Of a DNA stretch of 64,000 nt, positions 49,601 to 61,642 are shown in pieces. Origin of the DNA: a bacterium (GTDB lineage Bacteria; Krumholzibacteriota; Krumholzibacteriia; G020349025); NCBI GenBank assembly GCA_031362565.1, contig JANLSU010000029.1, forward strand, positions 1 to 64,000. The letters are read 5' to 3'. How positions within the stretch are numbered: the stretch's first letter is position 1; each line of letters starts with the position of its first letter. Below the pieces are notes generated by a model. It was given only the letters and a program-made list of their open reading frames with translations, was not told the origin of the DNA and ran no database searches. Both the position numbers and the translations under genes were made by a program.

Positions 49601-50284
49601 ACGGGTCGCACTGTCGAAACCTTGACGAATACCAACGAAGACCACCGGATCGAGACGACGTTCCCGAGCCTCGACCTCACCATCAACGACGTGCAGAAGC
49701 TGCGCCTGTTCACGAAGCGGCTCGAACGCTCCACCTTGTCGCTCAACTTCGCACGCACCACGAACAAGAGCTTCCGGCTCGACCAGGCTCCAGGCCGGGC
49801 GGCGGTCGAGGGTTCCGGCCGCAACCAAACCGACGGCACGACGATGACGGCAAGCTGGACCGGGCAGTGGCGCGGCGGCATGTCGAGCACCATGAGCCTC
49901 AATCAAACGAACAACACGGTGCTGGCACCCGGCACTCGTAGCGAGGGAGTGACGCGCCAAGTGCAGGCCGGCGTACGGTTCAAACTGGCACCGAAGGGTG
50001 GTCTGCGGCTGCCGTTCATGCATGGCAGTCTGAAGAGCGGCATGGACGTGTCGGTGAACGGCACTTTCAATACCGATGACCGCCAGCGACTCAACTCCGG
50101 CAGCCAGCCCATCATCGAGGCCAACGGCAGCTCGCTGAACATCGGAACGCGCGGCGATTACACCCTCTCCCGCAACATGAATGGTGGCGTGGAAGTCGGC
50201 TATACGCGGACATCGCGCGACGACATTCAGAAGCAGACCGTCAACACGGTCCGGCTCGGGTTCAACCTCACTTTCTTGTTCTGA
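43649..50284 (+). CDS. sprA: Very large outer-membrane protein, SprA/Sov-like (type IX secretion translocon homologue)
   Basis: About 2,210 aa with an N-terminal hydrophobic signal. SprA-type motifs: [27 protein letters not shown]...[75 protein letters not shown]. Beta-rich C-terminal half ending in Phe. Start may be 43628. Confidence 0.85.
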   Translation: MRPSPARATQRAGRVGRAGRWLGRILGLVAFTSLTLGAAVAPAPIRIGLRATFEQMLDRQKARAEGRAVTFGLNPNTPSPFRLTDEPQRVPTTVYSPWLDTVFEISGPGWVPREPEYYVVDGAYLTYDPPNFQDPSVRVRAFGRATAERTQLDAAEHALYTSRQAAAFAGEHKGLFNAGSGVSVTVPIRMPGVLSEFFGRGATNIKVTGRENISFAGESRTVSPFLAGEQGRGQSIFPRLDMKQELQVKLDGTIGDKVHVQVDHNSAGFGADANRINIYYEGYDDDILRRIDLGGTNLSLPGSNLVSFSGGHQGLFGIKTTMRLGGLDLTMIASKEEADVETRTVTPWGGAARPVQIEERSFLRDQFFFYSRPDTTGETFEGTYGIDPDSLFLDSTAPNIRVFVDTQDPTTQPQRNYRGFAVADLATSNETQMVDAYNNANSNSRFPVPGAAGTVPGDNGYWKEIDHDDLGFVVLTLGNTRKILGFYFRTGRVRDRDAVGVVVTGPNARWGSVTDDPQTRVRLRLLRHPEQDASFSTYPSAAYMMRHVYYLGSAGITNLDLRVVSNNPARQPPDVPILLQNSTYLHMFGLDEFGDQNSVGPDGKFDLTDINRLDRDSGFLFMPGIRPFSPPESVLRRRVGTIPQIGNRANAPIDSLFSQEERISPTLYTLKDDDRNLPRLNYHFDVVITGTETEITLPQDIIEGSEVVKLDGRTLTRGIDYDIENFAGGKITLKGDALASVSPTSRIEVAYQFRPLFGGGKSTLLGVSGEYQLGNRGKLASVLLYESTGGFTRRPKLGEEPTRAVVGDLNGTMRFQPNWLTKLVNALPFTNATAASALNVAAEIATSVPNPNTRKEAFVDDLEGADDSDDQNLSRTNWSWASIPIDDRTGTKTRADTLLRLPVAFYNPPTRVKRSHLIPNLNEREGNDGLTVLEVGFDRAKLAALQDSLPIAKRDSLWSGIMHSFGATPIDMTRTKSIELWLNDGERAAAGRTGRMHIDFGKLSEDFVFFPETQFANAPSHFNREAEAGHFTVSENDFGWDHQDRGCSGLKDSEAEDLPFGSECYRPSVLNRVTQQFFLANGSEGNQTYDTEDLNNNGQFDDTSSYFSLSLDLSDPTFVVADGPVITGHPEIAWRKYRLDLDRVVPQVFRDVAETDPNLRRISYIRIWFEDTPGTPAAQSVFNRNIEIFGLRLTKNQWFDLGFFGVDSTKVVPQTAESFTIGVINNKDDANYELPPASIELDETGVQSRQQSLRIGYNNLAPGHEVVAERSLGGGAQGTDFTLYKRLTYFVHAPPIAPTDSGATEFFFRVGTDTLNYYEVATPGAVHPGWLHVSVDLEQLTGLKFPEDYPGARDTILAFGAQRIIQVSALTKEKKFGNDVRVTVRGSPSFQRVLRLFVGVRNRGTPNLVEGVVPGGPRATGEYWFDNVRLEEVEKTPGYAQSYSLGLKISDLFDISGGYRKTDGEFRPLRQRTGSNRDDQGWNARLSVADLSRLVPTLGFSIPVGYGYEWNRSLPKFFEQSDTRNTPERKLDQRNENVRKSYNFGVSKKPSHFWLSKFTLDRLQYSFGSGRTEARTFTARDTSTTRTQNLAYDLPLRERPLALWGKTRLNLVPTNLKFSLQSNAGDAVSYRVRRVAGVDSLARQVTSPSHSINVNASTAFHPVPDFTLRYSFQEPRGFRLAHPDNERERIKFLGYDFGLPVGSRIEGYSAEWSPGGLTLGGSTNFGDSRVQQVDASPQHVALPDLHNAKVDRSAHVSFVFGFHRWVFGHLRALAPVKKPAGPPQTNGSPPPIDGNRQPGGADGSRTPAGGDNNQEDPTTPLEIDAPDSLRTSQGFAPPAPRSPADTLVGRTPALPIAGAQPVPGGIAAKDSTHTRTRPKAPSPVDLMRGILNVMAGIEPVKVDYQVGQGVGYVGLPDAPTGAFRYLLAKRSGLLGTARFETPPAESNNNNLDLSTAIPLRGALRMAARYKRRASVGQSRTFAVPTGRTVETLTNTNEDHRIETTFPSLDLTINDVQKLRLFTKRLERSTLSLNFARTTNKSFRLDQAPGRAAVEGSGRNQTDGTTMTASWTGQWRGGMSSTMSLNQTNNTVLAPGTRSEGVTRQVQAGVRFKLAPKGGLRLPFMHGSLKSGMDVSVNGTFNTDDRQRLNSGSQPIIEANGSSLNIGTRGDYTLSRNMNGGVEVGYTRTSRDDIQKQTVNTVRLGFNLTFLF

Positions 50285-50382
50285 CCGCCAGCCGAACGCC
50301 GTCCGGCTCTGTGCCGTGGCGGCCGCCCGCCTCACTGCCGGCGGCGGCGGCCGGGCTTGCGCCCTTGGGGGGGCGCGTCGGC

Positions 50383-50412
50383 TTGCCAAACGGGCGAGCC
50401 TCCGACTATGCT
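50383..50412 (+). promoter_or_regulatory. sigma70-type promoter for carAB
   Basis: TTGCCA-N18-TATGCT about 70 nt upstream of carA. Confidence 0.5.
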
Positions 50413-50481
50413 CGCGAGAGGCCCGACCAAACCGGGACCCGCCAGGCAAACCATCAACCCGCATGGCCCCCGGAGCACGAC

Positions 50482-51720
50482 GTGACCTGGACCTTGCCGC
50501 GGCCGGAGACTGCCCGACTCGTCCTCGAAGACGGCAGCGTTTTCCGTGGCCGCGCCTTCGGCGCACTCACCGAAGCGCTCGGCGAGGTTTGCTTCAACAC
50601 TGGCATGAGCGGCTACCAAGAAGTCATCACCGACCCGTCCTACGCCAGCCAGATCGTCGTCATGACGGCGCCGCAGATGGGCAACTACGGCATCACGCCG
50701 CACGACGAGGAATCGGCGCGGCCGCAGGTAGCCGGTTTCGTGGTTCGCGCCCTCTCGCAGCCGAGCAACTGGCGGAGCATCGAAACGCTGCATGAATATC
50801 TCGAGCGCTGGGGCATCCCGGGTCTCTATGAGGTCGACACGCGGGCGATTACGCGGCTGCTTCGCACCGGCGGCGCGCAACGCGGCGTACTCGCATCGGG
50901 AACGGCGTCCGCCGCCGAACTGCGCGACCGGGCGCTCGCCTGGCCGGGGCTCGACAACGCCGATTTGGCCCAGGTCGTCACCTGCAAGCAGATGTACCGT
51001 TTGGCGCCCGATCCCGTGGCGCAGTCACTGAGCGACCTGCGGTACCGCACCTACGAATCGGCTTGCTCCGAAGGTGTCCGCGGCGATGGCATGCGCGTCG
51101 TGGTGTACGATTTTGGCGTCAAACGCAATATTCTCGAGCGCTTGGTAGCGCGCGGCTGCGAGGTCTTCGTGGTCCCGGCCGGGACGCCGGCGGCGCAAGC
51201 GCTCGAATTGCAGCCGCACGGCATTTTGTTGTCGAATGGCCCCGGCGATCCGGCGGCGGTTGGCTATGGCATCGAAGCGGTGCGGACGCTCTTGGGACGC
51301 GTGCCGATTTTCGGCATCTGTCTCGGGCACCAGATTCTGGGTTTGGCACTCGGCGGCACGACCTTCAAACTCAAGTTCGGCCACCGCGGTGTCAATCATC
51401 CGGTCCACGACCTGCAAACCGGCAAGGTGCGCATCACGTCGCAAAACCACGGTTTCGCGCTCGCCCCCGATTCCTTGCCGGCGGGCAGTGTCAACGTCAC
51501 CGAGATCAGCCTCAACGACGGCACGCTGGAAGGGATGGAGCACCGGTCGCTGCCGGTTTTTTCGGTGCAATACCACCCGGAAGCGTCGCCTGGGCCACAC
51601 GACAACGACGCCCACTTCGATCGCTTCCTGCGCGCTGCAGCGCTGGCGGCGGGCCTGCCGCTCACGTCCGGTGTTCCGAACCCCCAAGGCCTGGGCGGGA
51701 GTTCGCATGCCGCGGCGTAA
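50482..51720 (+). CDS. carA: Carbamoyl-phosphate synthase small subunit
   Basis: [35 protein letters not shown] (catalytic Cys), QYHPE. GTG start after GGAG. Confidence 0.97.
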   Translation: MTWTLPRPETARLVLEDGSVFRGRAFGALTEALGEVCFNTGMSGYQEVITDPSYASQIVVMTAPQMGNYGITPHDEESARPQVAGFVVRALSQPSNWRSIETLHEYLERWGIPGLYEVDTRAITRLLRTGGAQRGVLASGTASAAELRDRALAWPGLDNADLAQVVTCKQMYRLAPDPVAQSLSDLRYRTYESACSEGVRGDGMRVVVYDFGVKRNILERLVARGCEVFVVPAGTPAAQALELQPHGILLSNGPGDPAAVGYGIEAVRTLLGRVPIFGICLGHQILGLALGGTTFKLKFGHRGVNHPVHDLQTGKVRITSQNHGFALAPDSLPAGSVNVTEISLNDGTLEGMEHRSLPVFSVQYHPEASPGPHDNDAHFDRFLRAAALAAGLPLTSGVPNPQGLGGSSHAAA

Positions 51721-54700
51721 GGACCTCGACTCGGTTCTGGTACTGGGCGCTGGTCCGATCATCATCGGCCAGGCGTGCGAGTTCGATTATTCGGGAACCC
51801 AAGCCTGCCGCGCGTTGCGCGAAGAAGGCGTCCGCGTCATCCTGGTGAACAGCAATCCGGCGTCGATCATGACCGACCCGGAAATCGCCGACCGTACGTA
51901 CATCGAACCGCTGCATCCCGACTACGTCGCCGCCATTATCGAGCGCGAACGGCCGCGCGCTATCTTGCCGACGGTCGGTGGACAGACGGCCCTCAACTTG
52001 GCGATTCAACTGCATGAAGGCGGCATTCTCGAACGCTACGGGGTCGAATTGATCGGCGCCGGAATCGATGCGATTCAGCGCGCCGAGGACCGCGAACTCT
52101 TCGATGCGACGATGCGCCGCGCCGGCCTGCAAGCCGCCAAAGGCGGCATGGCACGCAATGTCGAGGAGGCCGAGGCGATCCTCGAAGCGGTGGGCCTGCC
52201 GGTCATCGTGCGCCCGTCGTTCACTCTCGGCGGGTCGGGCGGCGGCACGGCGTTTTCGCACGGCTCGTTCCAACTCCTGGTGGAGGACGCACTCCGGCAA
52301 TCGCCGGTGCATCAAATTCGCGTCGAAGAGTGCTTGGTCGGATGGAAAGAGTTCGAGCTCGAAGTCATCCGCGACCGGGCCGACAACTGCATCATCATCT
52401 GTTCGATCGAGAACATCGACCCGATGGGCGTTCACACCGGGGACAGCATCACGGTGGCGCCGGCGCTCACCCTCTCCGACCGCGAATTCCAAATGATGCG
52501 CGACCAGGCCCTGCGCTGCTTGCGGGCGATCGGCGTCGAGACCGGCGGATCCAACGTCCAGTTCGCGGTCCATCCGGCCACCGGCGACATGCGCATCATC
52601 GAAATGAACCCGCGGGTTTCACGCTCGTCGGCGTTGGCGTCGAAGGCCACCGGCTTCCCGATCGCCCGCGTCGCCGCGAAGTTGGCGCTCGGCTACACGC
52701 TGGACGAGATCCCGAATGACATCACCGGCGCCTCGTGCGCCGCCTTCGAACCGTCCATCGACTACGTGGTGGTCAAGATTCCGCGCTGGGACTTCGAGAA
52801 GTTCCGCGGCGCGTCCGACATCCTCGGCGTGCAGATGCGTTCGGTGGGCGAGGCCATGGCGATCGGCCGCACCTTCCGCGAAGCGTTGCAGAAGGCCTAT
52901 CGTTCCCTCGAGATCGGATTGCAAGGTCTCGACCCGGCGGGCGACGGCCCGCTGCGATTGGGAGAGCCGCATTCGCGCCGCCTGCAAGAAGTGGCCGAGG
53001 CCATCGAACAGCGCGGGCTGCCGGTCGACGACGTGGCGCGCGAAACTGGCATCGACCCGTGGTTCCTGAACGAAATGCGTGAGATCGCGTTTCTGCGCGA
53101 CGAACTGCGCTCCGCGGGGGATTGGTTCCGGCGCGGCGTCGCGGCGACGCTCGACGGCCGCGAACGGGAACTGTTGCTCGATCTTCTCGAACGCGCCAAA
53201 CGCGACGGTTTCGGCGACACGCAGATCGCCCGGTTGGCCGGCACACGTCCGAGTGACATGCGAACGCTGCGCCAGGAATTAGGACTGCGGCCGGTGTACA
53301 AGGTCGTCGACACGTGCGGCGGCGAGTTCGCGGCCCGCACGCCGTATTACTATGGAACGTACGAGCACGAAAACGAGTCGCTGCGCGGCACCGCCCGGCG
53401 GGTCGTGGTGCTGGGCGGCGGTCCGAACCGTATCGGCCAGGGGATCGAGTTCGACTATTGCTGCGTGCAGAGCGTCCAAGCGGTGCGCGCCCGCGGCTAC
53501 GAAGCCATCATGATCAACTGCAACCCCGAGACGGTCAGCACGGACTACGACGTCGCGACGAAGCTGTACTTCGAACCGCTGGATTTAGAGTCGGTGCTCG
53601 ATGTGTTGGAGCACGAGCAGCCCGAGGGCGTGCTCGTGCAGTTCGGCGGGCAAACGCCGCTCAAGTTGGCACGGGCCATCGTTGCCGCCGGTTTCCAGAT
53701 CCTCGGCACCAGCGCCGAGGATATCGACGTCGCCGAGGATCGCGGCCGCTTCGCGGCACTCATCGACGAACTGGGGATCCCGCGGCCGGAGTACGGCAAG
53801 GTGACGCGTAAAGAAGAAGCGCTCGAAATCGCTCGCCGCATCGGCTTCCCGGTGCTGGTGCGCCCGTCGTATGTCCTCGGGGGGCGGGCGATGGAGATCG
53901 TCTACGACGAACGCTCGCTCGAAGCCTTCGTGGAGCGGGCGCTGGCCGCCATGCCGGACGCCCCGGTGCTCATCGACAAATTCCTGGAAGACGCCTACGA
54001 GTTCGATGTCGACGCGCTCGCGGATGGCGAACAGGTCTACATCGCCGGCATCATGCAGCACATCGAAGAGGCGGGCGTGCATTCGGGCGACAGTGAGTGC
54101 CTGTTGCCGCCGTATCAAATCACCCCGGAGATCAGCGCTCAACTGGCCGACGCGACGCGCCGCATCGCGCTGGCGCTGCACGTGCGGGGGCTGCTCAACA
54201 TGCAGTTCGCGCTGCACCGCGGCACGGTCCACGTCATCGAAGCGAATCCGCGCGCGTCGCGCACCGTGCCCTTTGTCAGCAAGGCGACCGGCGTGCCGCT
54301 GGCACGGCTCGCGACGGATCTCGCGCTCGGAGCCCGGTTGCGCGATCTGGCGCTGCCGCCCGAAGGCAGCATGCTCGGGCACGCCGTCAAGAAGCCGGTG
54401 TTTCCGTTCAACAAGTTTCCCGATGCGAGCGTCTTCTTGGGGCCTGAAATGCGGTCGACGGGCGAAGTCATGGCGTGGGCGCCGACGATGGGCCAAGCCA
54501 CCGAGAAGGCCTGGGTGGCGGCGGGCTGCAAGCTGCCGCACACGGGCAATGCGTATATCAGCCTCAACGACCACGACAAGCGGCGCGCGGCGGAAGTGGC
54601 GCGCGCTTTCACCGACCTGGGATTCGAGTTGCTGGCGACGCATGGAACGGCGGACGTGCTGCGCGCAGCGGGATTCGCAGTACGCGGCATTCACAAGGTG

Positions 54701-54985
54701 CACGAGGACCATCCGGACGTCGTCGAAGAGATCGCCGCGGGTCACATGCAGATCATCGTCAACACGCCGCTCGGACGGGCATCGCGCTACGACGAGAATG
54801 CCGTCGGCCGGGCGGCGCTGCGCTTCGGCGTGCCGATGGTGACGACGATTGCCGGCGCGTTGGCGCTCGGGCGCGCGATTCGCTCGCAGCGCGCCGGTGA
54901 GGTGCACGTGCTGTCGCTGCAAGAACGGCTCGGCACTTGGGGCGATGCGCCCACCAGTGCGACGCCGCAGGGAGCGCGTGTTTGA
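51707..54985 (+). CDS. carB: Carbamoyl-phosphate synthase large subunit
   Basis: [23 protein letters not shown], two ATP-grasp domains ([16 protein letters not shown]), C-terminal MGS domain. Confidence 0.98.
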   Translation: MPRRKDLDSVLVLGAGPIIIGQACEFDYSGTQACRALREEGVRVILVNSNPASIMTDPEIADRTYIEPLHPDYVAAIIERERPRAILPTVGGQTALNLAIQLHEGGILERYGVELIGAGIDAIQRAEDRELFDATMRRAGLQAAKGGMARNVEEAEAILEAVGLPVIVRPSFTLGGSGGGTAFSHGSFQLLVEDALRQSPVHQIRVEECLVGWKEFELEVIRDRADNCIIICSIENIDPMGVHTGDSITVAPALTLSDREFQMMRDQALRCLRAIGVETGGSNVQFAVHPATGDMRIIEMNPRVSRSSALASKATGFPIARVAAKLALGYTLDEIPNDITGASCAAFEPSIDYVVVKIPRWDFEKFRGASDILGVQMRSVGEAMAIGRTFREALQKAYRSLEIGLQGLDPAGDGPLRLGEPHSRRLQEVAEAIEQRGLPVDDVARETGIDPWFLNEMREIAFLRDELRSAGDWFRRGVAATLDGRERELLLDLLERAKRDGFGDTQIARLAGTRPSDMRTLRQELGLRPVYKVVDTCGGEFAARTPYYYGTYEHENESLRGTARRVVVLGGGPNRIGQGIEFDYCCVQSVQAVRARGYEAIMINCNPETVSTDYDVATKLYFEPLDLESVLDVLEHEQPEGVLVQFGGQTPLKLARAIVAAGFQILGTSAEDIDVAEDRGRFAALIDELGIPRPEYGKVTRKEEALEIARRIGFPVLVRPSYVLGGRAMEIVYDERSLEAFVERALAAMPDAPVLIDKFLEDAYEFDVDALADGEQVYIAGIMQHIEEAGVHSGDSECLLPPYQITPEISAQLADATRRIALALHVRGLLNMQFALHRGTVHVIEANPRASRTVPFVSKATGVPLARLATDLALGARLRDLALPPEGSMLGHAVKKPVFPFNKFPDASVFLGPEMRSTGEVMAWAPTMGQATEKAWVAAGCKLPHTGNAYISLNDHDKRRAAEVARAFTDLGFELLATHGTADVLRAAGFAVRGIHKVHEDHPDVVEEIAAGHMQIIVNTPLGRASRYDENAVGRAALRFGVPMVTTIAGALALGRAIRSQRAGEVHVLSLQERLGTWGDAPTSATPQGARV

Positions 54986-55914
54986 GGCGGATCCGCCGCT
55001 GGGAACGGGCATTTCTAGCGCTGCTCGTCGGGCTGGCAACCGGTGCCAGCTGCGGGGCGAAGCGGGTTCTACCGGCGCCGGAACCCGATGCTGCACGCGC
55101 TTTCCGGGATCTCGAAGCCCAAGTGCGGTGTGGGCCGCGGGTGCCGGGCAGCCCGGGCGTCGAGTGCTGCCGGCGTTACATTCTCGACGCCCTGCGCCCG
55201 TATGCGGCGCGGGTCGCGAGCCAGGCGTTTGCGGTCGCCGATCCCTACGGCACCGACAGCCTGCGACTCGTCAACCTGCAGGCCAACTTCTACGTCGATC
55301 GTCCGGCGCGCGTGTTGCTCGCCGCGCACTACGATACCCGGCCGCGGTCCGACCAAGATTCCCTGGCGCTGCGCGACCAGCCCTGTCCGGGCGCCAACGA
55401 TGGCGCGAGCGGGGTCGCCGTACTGCTCGAAATCGCTCGCATCCTCGCGACCTGGGATCCCGGGATCGGGGTCGACCTGGTGTTCTTCGACGGCGAGGAC
55501 TATGGCAAGGAGAGCGATCTGGCGGCCTATTGCCTCGGCGCCAAGGCCTTCGCCGCGTCCATGGGGAGCTACCGACCGCGGGCCCTCATCCTCGTCGACA
55601 TGGTGGGTGATCGCGACCTGCGGATTCCGATCGAAGGCAATTCGGCACGGGCCGCGCCCTGGCTCGTCAACGCGGTGTTTTCGACCGCCGAGTCGCTCGG
55701 CGTCCGGCAGTTCGTTCGCACCACGGGGCCGGCGCTCTACGACGACCATTACCCGTTCCTGCAGGCCGGCATCCCGTCGCTCGACCTCATCGACTTCGAC
55801 TATCCGGCCTGGCACACGACCCGGGACCTGCCCGACCAATGCTCGCCGCAGAGTTTGGCGGCGGTGGCCCGCGTCGTCCTCAACTCGTTGCCGCGTCTCG
55901 TCCCCGGCCGCTGA
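54982..55914 (+). CDS. M28 family peptidase / glutaminyl-cyclase-like lipoprotein
   Basis: Lipobox-like [48 protein letters not shown] overlap with carB. Confidence 0.88.
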   Translation: MRRIRRWERAFLALLVGLATGASCGAKRVLPAPEPDAARAFRDLEAQVRCGPRVPGSPGVECCRRYILDALRPYAARVASQAFAVADPYGTDSLRLVNLQANFYVDRPARVLLAAHYDTRPRSDQDSLALRDQPCPGANDGASGVAVLLEIARILATWDPGIGVDLVFFDGEDYGKESDLAAYCLGAKAFAASMGSYRPRALILVDMVGDRDLRIPIEGNSARAAPWLVNAVFSTAESLGVRQFVRTTGPALYDDHYPFLQAGIPSLDLIDFDYPAWHTTRDLPDQCSPQSLAAVARVVLNSLPRLVPGR

Positions 55915-56039
55915 GACCGGATCTACCTTGGGTGCGTCCGCCCTTGCCCCTCCGGGGGGGCAACGGGGCGCGGTCCGGCGCCCGTCCGAGAGCGGCCTTG
56001 CCACCGTGGGCCAAGGTGGTGTACATCTATTCAGGCTGG

Positions 56040-56065
56040 AGTGGGTCGCGGACCCACTTTTTTTT
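56040..56065 (+). promoter_or_regulatory. rimP leader hairpin followed by a U-tract (attenuator/terminator-like)
   Basis: AGTGGGTC-GCG-GACCCACT stem-loop with a T8 run, about 30 nt before rimP. Resembles the widespread rimP-leader motif. Confidence 0.75.
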
Positions 56066-56096
56066 CGACTTCATCCGAGGCCCACGGACGCAAAAG

Positions 56097-56624
56097 ATGG
56101 TGGTCGAGAAGCAGCTCCAGACGGCTCTGGAGCCGCATGTTGCGGCTCTCGGGTACGAGTTGCTGGAAGTCACATTCGGCGGTGAAGGGGGGCGGCGTGT
56201 CCTGCGCCTGACCCTCGACGGGCCCGACGGGATCACGCTCGACCAGTGCGCGGTGGTCAGCCGGGCGCTCGGGCCGGTCCTGGATGGCATCCAAGAACTG
56301 CCCGCAGGCTACATGCTCGAGGTGTCGTCGCCGGGAATCAACCGGCCACTCACGAAGCTCGAACATTACCGCCGGTTCTTGGGGGAGACCGTCAAGGTCC
56401 GCCTCAAGGACAAACAGGACGGTGGCCTGACGATGACGGGTATTCTGCGCGACGTGCAGGATGACGTGCTGACGATCGAGACGCCGGTGGGAACCAAGCT
56501 GCTGCCGCTCGATCGAGTCGCACGCGCGCGGTTGCACCGGGATGTAGACGCGATTTTGCGGGCGGCGCGCAAGCCGGATCCGGCGGCCGAAGCGGCCGCA
56601 GCGGAACGAAGGTGGAAACGATGA
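56097..56624 (+). CDS. rimP: Ribosome maturation factor RimP
   Basis: GYELLEV, GITLDQC..VSR, YMLEVSSPGINRPL. Confidence 0.95.
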   Translation: MVVEKQLQTALEPHVAALGYELLEVTFGGEGGRRVLRLTLDGPDGITLDQCAVVSRALGPVLDGIQELPAGYMLEVSSPGINRPLTKLEHYRRFLGETVKVRLKDKQDGGLTMTGILRDVQDDVLTIETPVGTKLLPLDRVARARLHRDVDAILRAARKPDPAAEAAAAERRWKR

Positions 56625-58168
56625 ATTACGGCATCATGGAAGCTCTGAACCAGATCACGCGCGAGCGGCGGGTCGACAAGTCGCTCCTGTACGAGACTCT
56701 GGAGGCCGGGCTGTCGCAAGCGATCAAGAAAAAATATGGCAACAACGCCGTCGTGGCGGTCGAAATCGACGAAGAGGCGGGCACGCTGCACCCGTATCTG
56801 GTGCGCACCGTTGTCATCGACGAAGACGAGATCGAAGATCCGGTGTGTCAGATCACGCTGGTGGACGCGCGCGAACAGGATCCAAAACTCAACATCGGTG
56901 ACGAGATCCGCGAGGAATTGAAGTTCGCGGAGTTCGGACGCAATGCGATCGCGCTCGCCAAGCAGGTTCTCGTGCAGCGCGTGCGCGAAGTCGAGCGCGG
57001 CAAGATCTTCGACGAATACAAGGGCCGGGTCGGCGAAATCATCACCGGCACGGTGCAACAGCAGGATCGCACCGGCGTCCTGGTGTCGCTCGGGCGCGCC
57101 GAGGGCTTCCTGCCCAAGAAAGAGTCGATCCGCCGCGAGCGCTGGCACCAAGGTCTGCCCATCAAGGCGTATGTGCTCGAAGTGCTGGACGTCACCAAGG
57201 GGCCGCAGGTCATCCTGTCGCGCACTCATGCGGGGCTCGTCGAGAAACTGTTCGAAGCCGAAGTGCCGGAGATCTACGACGACATCGTCGAAATCAAGAC
57301 CGTGGCCCGCGATGCGGGCGGCCGTTCCAAGATCGCGGTGCATTCGACCGACGATCGCGTCGATGCGGTGGGTGCGTGCGTCGGCATGAAGGGTTCGCGC
57401 GTCCAGGCGGTCGTCAAGGAATTGTCGGGCGAGCGCGTCGACATCGTGCCGTGGAGCGAAGACCCGCAGCATTTTGTCACCAAGGCACTGTCGCCGGCCC
57501 GGGTGCAGAGCGTGCGCGTCGATCGTGACCGCCAAGAGATGATCGTGGTGGTCGACGACGAGCAATTGTCGCTGGCGATTGGCCGCGAAGGACAGAATGT
57601 GCGCTTGGCGGTCAAGCTCACCGGCTGGCGCATCGATCTCGTGAGTTCGTCGGAGATGGTGCAACGCGAGCGTCTCGACAAGGAAATGCGTGTGGCGCTC
57701 GATGACCTGGAAGGCTTCACGCCCGAGGATCTGGTGGCGCTCAATGGCGCCGGCCTGCACAGCCTCAAGGATCTCTTGTCCGCCGACGAGCACTTGCTCG
57801 TCAACGACCGCGGCCTCGATGCAGATCTCGTGGCGCGGGTCCGCGGCCTCGGCCAGCAGAAGGCCGCAGAGATCCAGGCCGCGTTCGCCGAGCGCCGCGA
57901 GTCCGAGTCGAAGCTCTTCGACGAGGCGATGTTCGATCGCGTCATCGACGAGACGCCGGAAGCCGTCGGGCCGACGCTCCTGACGTTCCGTCCCGAGTCC
58001 GAATTGTCGGACGAAGAGGCGGCTCTGGACGCCGATGCCGCCGATGTCGAGACGGATCGCGTCGCGGCGCAGGGCGATGCCGGGCCGGACGGTGACGCCG
58101 CAGTGGAAGACGGTACGGCGGCGGCCCCGGATGCCGTCGCCGGAGGCGATCCCGACCGCGAGGCGTGA
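56621..58168 (+). CDS. nusA: Transcription termination/antitermination factor NusA
   Basis: [12 protein letters not shown]1 domain, [36 protein letters not shown], acidic tail. Confidence 0.97.
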   Translation: MNYGIMEALNQITRERRVDKSLLYETLEAGLSQAIKKKYGNNAVVAVEIDEEAGTLHPYLVRTVVIDEDEIEDPVCQITLVDAREQDPKLNIGDEIREELKFAEFGRNAIALAKQVLVQRVREVERGKIFDEYKGRVGEIITGTVQQQDRTGVLVSLGRAEGFLPKKESIRRERWHQGLPIKAYVLEVLDVTKGPQVILSRTHAGLVEKLFEAEVPEIYDDIVEIKTVARDAGGRSKIAVHSTDDRVDAVGACVGMKGSRVQAVVKELSGERVDIVPWSEDPQHFVTKALSPARVQSVRVDRDRQEMIVVVDDEQLSLAIGREGQNVRLAVKLTGWRIDLVSSSEMVQRERLDKEMRVALDDLEGFTPEDLVALNGAGLHSLKDLLSADEHLLVNDRGLDADLVARVRGLGQQKAAEIQAAFAERRESESKLFDEAMFDRVIDETPEAVGPTLLTFRPESELSDEEAALDADAADVETDRVAAQGDAGPDGDAAVEDGTAAAPDAVAGGDPDREA

Positions 58169-58174
58169 GCGGCG

Positions 58175-58489
58175 ATGAGCGCGGCGGACAAAGTACGCTC
58201 GTTCGTCGGACTGGCGCTTCGCAGCCGGCACGCGGCCCTCGGCCGCGAGGCCTGCAAACGCGCCGCCCGGCAGCACGAGCTCTTCGCGCTGCTGTTGGCA
58301 ACCGACGCCGGGGCGAGCGCGGCGCGCGATTGCGGCGCCACGACAGGCGTGCCGCTCTTGCGGTGCGGCCTGAACAAACGGGAGTTGGGTGAGCTCGTGG
58401 GCCGCGGCGAACTCGCGGCGCTCGGGATCACCGACGCACAACTCGCCGCGGGCTTGGCGCGCTACGCGCCGCCCGTCGACGAGACTTGA
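58175..58489 (+). CDS. L7Ae/YlxQ family RNA-binding protein
   Basis: GLALRS...G, LLATDA, ELGELVGR...LGITD. Canonical position between nusA and infB. Confidence 0.85.
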   Translation: MSAADKVRSFVGLALRSRHAALGREACKRAARQHELFALLLATDAGASAARDCGATTGVPLLRCGLNKRELGELVGRGELAALGITDAQLAAGLARYAPPVDET

Positions 58490-58535
58490 GAATGCGACCG
58501 CGCCGCACCGGCGCGGGCACGAGGGGGTGAGCAGA

Positions 58536-60977
58536 ATGGCGCCGAAGAAGCGCATCTACGAAGTGGCACGCGAGTTCAACGTATCGAGCGACGCCGTCAT
58601 CAAGGTGCTCAGGGAGCACAAGTACGAAGTCAAGAACCACATGAGCACGATGAGCGACGAAATGCTCGCGTCGATCGCGCAGCGGTTCACGCAAGCGCAG
58701 GCGCAGGCGAAGGTCGAAGAAACCAAGCGTCGCGAACTCCACGCCGCGATCGAACTGCACAAGGCAGATGAAGCGCGCGTGGCGGCAGCCGCGCAGGCGG
58801 CGGCGCGGGCCAAGGCGGCTCCCGAGCCGCGGCCACGTTCTGCACCCGAAGGACCGCAGCGCCAGGCACTGGCCGGCTCGCGCCCGCAAGCACCTGCCGC
58901 ACCCAGTTCGCGCTCCGGATCGCCAACGCTCGGATCGCGCCCCAATGCCCCGGGTGGCGCGCCGTCCATCCATGTGCGCGCGCCACTGACGCCCGCCGCG
59001 CCGGCGCGTCCGCCGGCAGCTCCCAGCGGTCCGCCGCGCCCCGCACCGGGCGCCCCGGCGCCGCAAATGCAGTCGATGCTCGGCCGGCGCAGCAAGCACC
59101 GCAAGAAACCGCAGGTCGATCAGCGCGCCGTCATGCAATCGTTCCAACAGACGATGAATGAACTGCAGGGGCCGGGCAAACGCCGCCGGCGGCGCCGGAC
59201 GCAGGGCAACGGCGTCGCGGTCGAGGAAAACGACAATGTGGTGCAGGTCGTCGAGATGATGGCGCTGCACGAGCTGGCGTCGGAGCTCGACGTGAAGCCG
59301 CAGGACCTCATCCAGAAGTGCCTCAAGAACGGCGTCATGGCGACGATGAACTCGCGGCTCGACCGCGACACGCTCGAATTCCTGGTCACCGACTATGGCC
59401 TCGAGGTGGAGTTCGTCAGCGAATTCGAAGAGGAAGAAGCCGAGGAAGAGGTCACCGGCGAGGGCCAGCCGCGCCCGCCGGTCGTCACCATCATGGGGCA
59501 TGTCGACCACGGCAAGACGTCGATCCTCGACTACATCCGCAAGGCCAACGTGATTGCCGGCGAAGCCGGCGGGATTACCCAGCACATCGGCGCCTATGAA
59601 GTCACGACGCCGAACGGCCAGCAGATCACCTTTCTCGACACGCCGGGCCACGAGGCTTTTACGGCGATGCGCGCCCGGGGTGCCCAGGTGACCGACCTGG
59701 TCGTGATCGTGGTCGCGGCGAACGACGGCATCATGCCGCAGACCATCGAGGCCATCAATCATGCCAAGGCCGCCTCGGTGCCGTTCATGGTCGCCATCAA
59801 CAAGGTCGACCTGCCGGATGCCAACGCCGACCGCGTCAAGCAGCAGCTGACGCAGCACAGCATCGTGGTGGAAGACTTCGGCGGCAATGTCGTGGCCTGC
59901 GAAGTCTCGGCGAAGACCGGCAAAGGCGTCGATCATTTGCTCGAAATGATCCACCTGCAGGCGGAATTGTTGGAACTCCGCGCGCCGCGCGATGGCCGGG
60001 CGCGGGGCGTGGTGCTGGAAGCCAAGAAGTCGGCCCAGCACGGCATCGTCGCGACGGTGCTGGTGCAAAAGGGCACCCTCAAGACCGGTGACGTGTTCGT
60101 GGCGGGGCGCCATGCGGGCCGCGTCCGGGCACTACTCAACGAGCGCGGCCGGCGCACCGAGGAAGTGTTTCCCGGCGCCCCGGTGCAGCTCCTCGGCTGT
60201 GACGGCGTGCCGCAGGCCGGTGATCCGGTGACCGTCGTGGCCGACGAACGTGAAGCGCGCGAGATCGCCAGCCGTCGCCAGCAGTCCGAGCGGGCCCGCG
60301 AAGCCAAGTCGCAGTCGCGGGTGACGCTGGAACAGCTCTACAAGCAGTTGAAGGAAGGCGAACTTCGCGAGCTGCACCTCATTCTCAAGGCCGACGTGGA
60401 CGGTTCGGTGGAGGCGCTGGCGGAATCGCTGGAGAAACTCTCGAACAAGGAAGTCGCGGTGCGCGTCATCCACAAGGCGGTGGGTGGGATCAACGACTCC
60501 GACATCCAGTTGGCGGTTGCTTCGAATGCCGTCGTGCTGGGGTTCCACGTCCGCCCGACGCCCAGCGCGCGCGAGCTCGCCAAGCGCGAGAAAATCGACA
60601 TCGAGCTCTACGAGATCATCTACGAGGTCGTGGAGTCGGTGAAGAAGGCGCTCGAGGGCATGCTCGAACCCGAGTCGCGTGAAATCATCGATGGTATGGC
60701 CGAAGTGCGCAACACGTTCCGGGTGCCCAAGGCCGGCATGATCGCCGGTTGTTATGTGACGCAAGGGGGCCTGACGCGCAACGCCAAGGTCCGCGTCATT
60801 CGCGACCAGGTCGTCGTCTACGACAGCACCGTGAGTTCGCTGCGCCGCTTCAAGGACGACGTCAAGGAAGTGGCCACCGGGTTCGAATGCGGCGTCGGCG
60901 TCGCGAATTTCGACGACTTGAAGGTCAGCGATGTTCTCGAGGTCTACCGCATCGAAAAAGTGAGCCGCACGCTGTAG
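58536..60977 (+). CDS. infB: Translation initiation factor IF-2
   Basis: RIYEVARE N-domain, [45 protein letters not shown]. Confidence 0.98.
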   Translation: MAPKKRIYEVAREFNVSSDAVIKVLREHKYEVKNHMSTMSDEMLASIAQRFTQAQAQAKVEETKRRELHAAIELHKADEARVAAAAQAAARAKAAPEPRPRSAPEGPQRQALAGSRPQAPAAPSSRSGSPTLGSRPNAPGGAPSIHVRAPLTPAAPARPPAAPSGPPRPAPGAPAPQMQSMLGRRSKHRKKPQVDQRAVMQSFQQTMNELQGPGKRRRRRRTQGNGVAVEENDNVVQVVEMMALHELASELDVKPQDLIQKCLKNGVMATMNSRLDRDTLEFLVTDYGLEVEFVSEFEEEEAEEEVTGEGQPRPPVVTIMGHVDHGKTSILDYIRKANVIAGEAGGITQHIGAYEVTTPNGQQITFLDTPGHEAFTAMRARGAQVTDLVVIVVAANDGIMPQTIEAINHAKAASVPFMVAINKVDLPDANADRVKQQLTQHSIVVEDFGGNVVACEVSAKTGKGVDHLLEMIHLQAELLELRAPRDGRARGVVLEAKKSAQHGIVATVLVQKGTLKTGDVFVAGRHAGRVRALLNERGRRTEEVFPGAPVQLLGCDGVPQAGDPVTVVADEREAREIASRRQQSERAREAKSQSRVTLEQLYKQLKEGELRELHLILKADVDGSVEALAESLEKLSNKEVAVRVIHKAVGGINDSDIQLAVASNAVVLGFHVRPTPSARELAKREKIDIELYEIIYEVVESVKKALEGMLEPESREIIDGMAEVRNTFRVPKAGMIAGCYVTQGGLTRNAKVRVIRDQVVVYDSTVSSLRRFKDDVKEVATGFECGVGVANFDDLKVSDVLEVYRIEKVSRTL

Positions 60978-60984
60978 GCGGAGC

Positions 60985-61266
60985 ATGGTCGTCGGGTCGC
61001 TCGAAGTCGAACTGCACCTGCCGGGCAGTTCCTCGCTCAAAGAGAAACGCGGCCTGCTGCGCAGTCTCATGGACCGCTTGCGGAACCGCTTCAATGTCGC
61101 GGTGAGCGAGACCGAACACCACGATCTCTGGCAGCGCGCCACGCTGGGCATCGTGACCGTCTCGAACGACTCCGCGGTCGTGCACTCGATCCTGTCGCAT
61201 GCGCAGCAACTCGTGGAAGGCGACCCGCGTATCAACGTGGTCGACGTCCGCGTCGAATTGCTCTGA
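60985..61266 (+). CDS. DUF503 (YlxP) family protein
   Basis: SLKEKR...RFNVAVSE...DLWQRA motif, located after infB. Confidence 0.92.
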   Translation: MVVGSLEVELHLPGSSSLKEKRGLLRSLMDRLRNRFNVAVSETEHHDLWQRATLGIVTVSNDSAVVHSILSHAQQLVEGDPRINVVDVRVELL

Positions 61267-61273
61267 GGAGTTT

Positions 61274-61642
61274 ATGGATCCGATCACCCGGGCGCGCATC
61301 AATGACGGGATGCGCGATACGTTGGCGGAAGTGCTGGGACGCGATGTGCAGGATCCGCGGGTTGCGGGGGTCACGGTCACGGGTGTGCAAGTGACCCAGG
61401 ACCTGGCCTACGCCAAGGTGTTTTTCAGCGTCTTGGGCGATGCCGAACGGCGCCGGGTCGCGGAACGCGGGCTGGCGCACATCGCGGGGTTTCTGCGGCG
61501 CGAGATCGGCAAGCGCATGCGGCTGCGGACGTATCCACAATTGCGCTTCGAGTTCGACTCCTCGCTCGAGTATGGCGCCCACATCGACACATTGCTGCGG
61601 GAATTGCGCGACGGCAAGCCCAAGGAGGGCGAGGATGTCTGA
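61274..61642 (+). CDS. rbfA: Ribosome-binding factor A
   Basis: DPRV..VTVT.V.VTQDL.YAKVF, GFLRREIG..MRLR..PQLRF..D.S. Confidence 0.95.
   Translation: MDPITRARINDGMRDTLAEVLGRDVQDPRVAGVTVTGVQVTQDLAYAKVFFSVLGDAERRRVAERGLAHIAGFLRREIGKRMRLRTYPQLRFEFDSSLEYGAHIDTLLRELRDGKPKEGEDV

Noticed and set aside
58780..59070. Pro/Ala-rich low-complexity segment in infB, and the acidic tail of nusA (about 57950-58165)
   Set aside because: Variable disordered regions are normal in IF-2 N-domains and NusA C-termini.
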